In this document: piece by piece, positions 63,845 to 64,000 of the stretch | Position numbering within the stretch: the stretch's first letter is position 1 | How the letters are laid out: the number at the start of each line of letters is the position of its first letter | The notes under the pieces: generated by a model | The model's database searches: none | Told to the model about the DNA's origin: nothing | Seen by the model: only the letters and a program-made list of their open reading frames with translations | From: Myxococcales bacterium | GTDB lineage: Bacteria > Myxococcota_A > UBA9042 | Reading direction: 5' to 3' | Length of the DNA: 64,000 bases | Assembly (NCBI GenBank): GCA_009692425.1 | Contig: SHZF01000017.1 | Coordinates: 5,714 to 69,713 of the forward strand | Position numbers and translations under genes: made by a program

Positions 63845-64000
63845 ATGCTCCTGCGCGCCCTGCTTCCCAGCCTGCTTGTCGTTCCGGCGTGCGGCGGATT
63901 CGTGCTCGACCGCTTGGAAGGCGAGCCGACGACGACCCATCCGTTCACCGAGTCCGTCAGCCAGCGCACCCACCCGGCGATCGACGGCGTGCAGCGCTTC
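63845..64000 (+). CDS. hypothetical lipoprotein, N-terminal fragment (runs off window)
   Basis: MLLRALLPSLLVVPACGGF is a lipobox-type signal. Only 52 codons are present. Confidence 0.3.
   Translation, partial: MLLRALLPSLLVVPACGGFVLDRLEGEPTTTHPFTESVSQRTHPAIDGVQRF

Noticed and set aside
1-64000. Mobile elements, CRISPR arrays, rRNA and tRNA genes
   Set aside because: No transposase or integrase motifs, no repeat-spacer periodicity, and no rRNA-like conserved stretches were found. The only repeats are short in-frame tandem duplications.

Overview
This window is a 64 kb, very GC-rich (about 70%) chromosomal segment. The high GC, the many lipoprotein signal peptides, an FHA/coiled-coil protein and a giant Ig-like/FG-GAP surface protein suggest a Myxococcota-type origin, but that is inference only. 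Most of the window is housekeeping or envelope genes. Those I can recognise are:
- an ABC transporter operon (two ATPases and a permease)
- epmA, an SPFH protein and an S1-domain protein
- plsB, a purine nucleoside phosphorylase and cdd
- tsaB, rseP, lipA and a family-4 uracil-DNA glycosylase
- Hsp33 (hslO), a GspE/PilB-like secretion ATPase and ttcA

Three accessory blocks stand out.
1. At 30.6-33.3 kb (minus strand) there is a tight candidate RiPP-type cassette: a 57-aa precursor-like ORF, an HPr-kinase-like P-loop protein, a radical SAM/SPASM enzyme with overlapping start/stop codons, and an S26/S24-like peptidase. A 2378-aa surface protein lies immediately upstream, and a PqqD-family (RRE-like) gene sits on the far side of that giant gene at 40.6-40.9 kb.
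2. At 23.2-28.3 kb (minus strand) there is an operon FHA-coiled-coil / AAA+ ATPase / DUF1257-like / DUF2997-like / unknown 269-aa protein. It has no known function.
3. At 19.2-22.1 kb (minus strand) a gamma-class N6-adenine DNA methyltransferase is co-transcribed with an unknown 384-aa protein, with no recognisable restriction partner.

A second, lone radical SAM gene lies at 52.6-53.7 kb. At least eight loci carry short in-frame tandem duplications (15-27 bp, always a multiple of 3) in N-terminal or linker coding regions. I saw no rRNA, tRNA, CRISPR, transposase or integrase. As expected at this GC content, long antisense shadow ORFs are abundant in the six-frame track, and I rejected them. 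Start coordinates are approximate wherever alternative in-frame starts exist.
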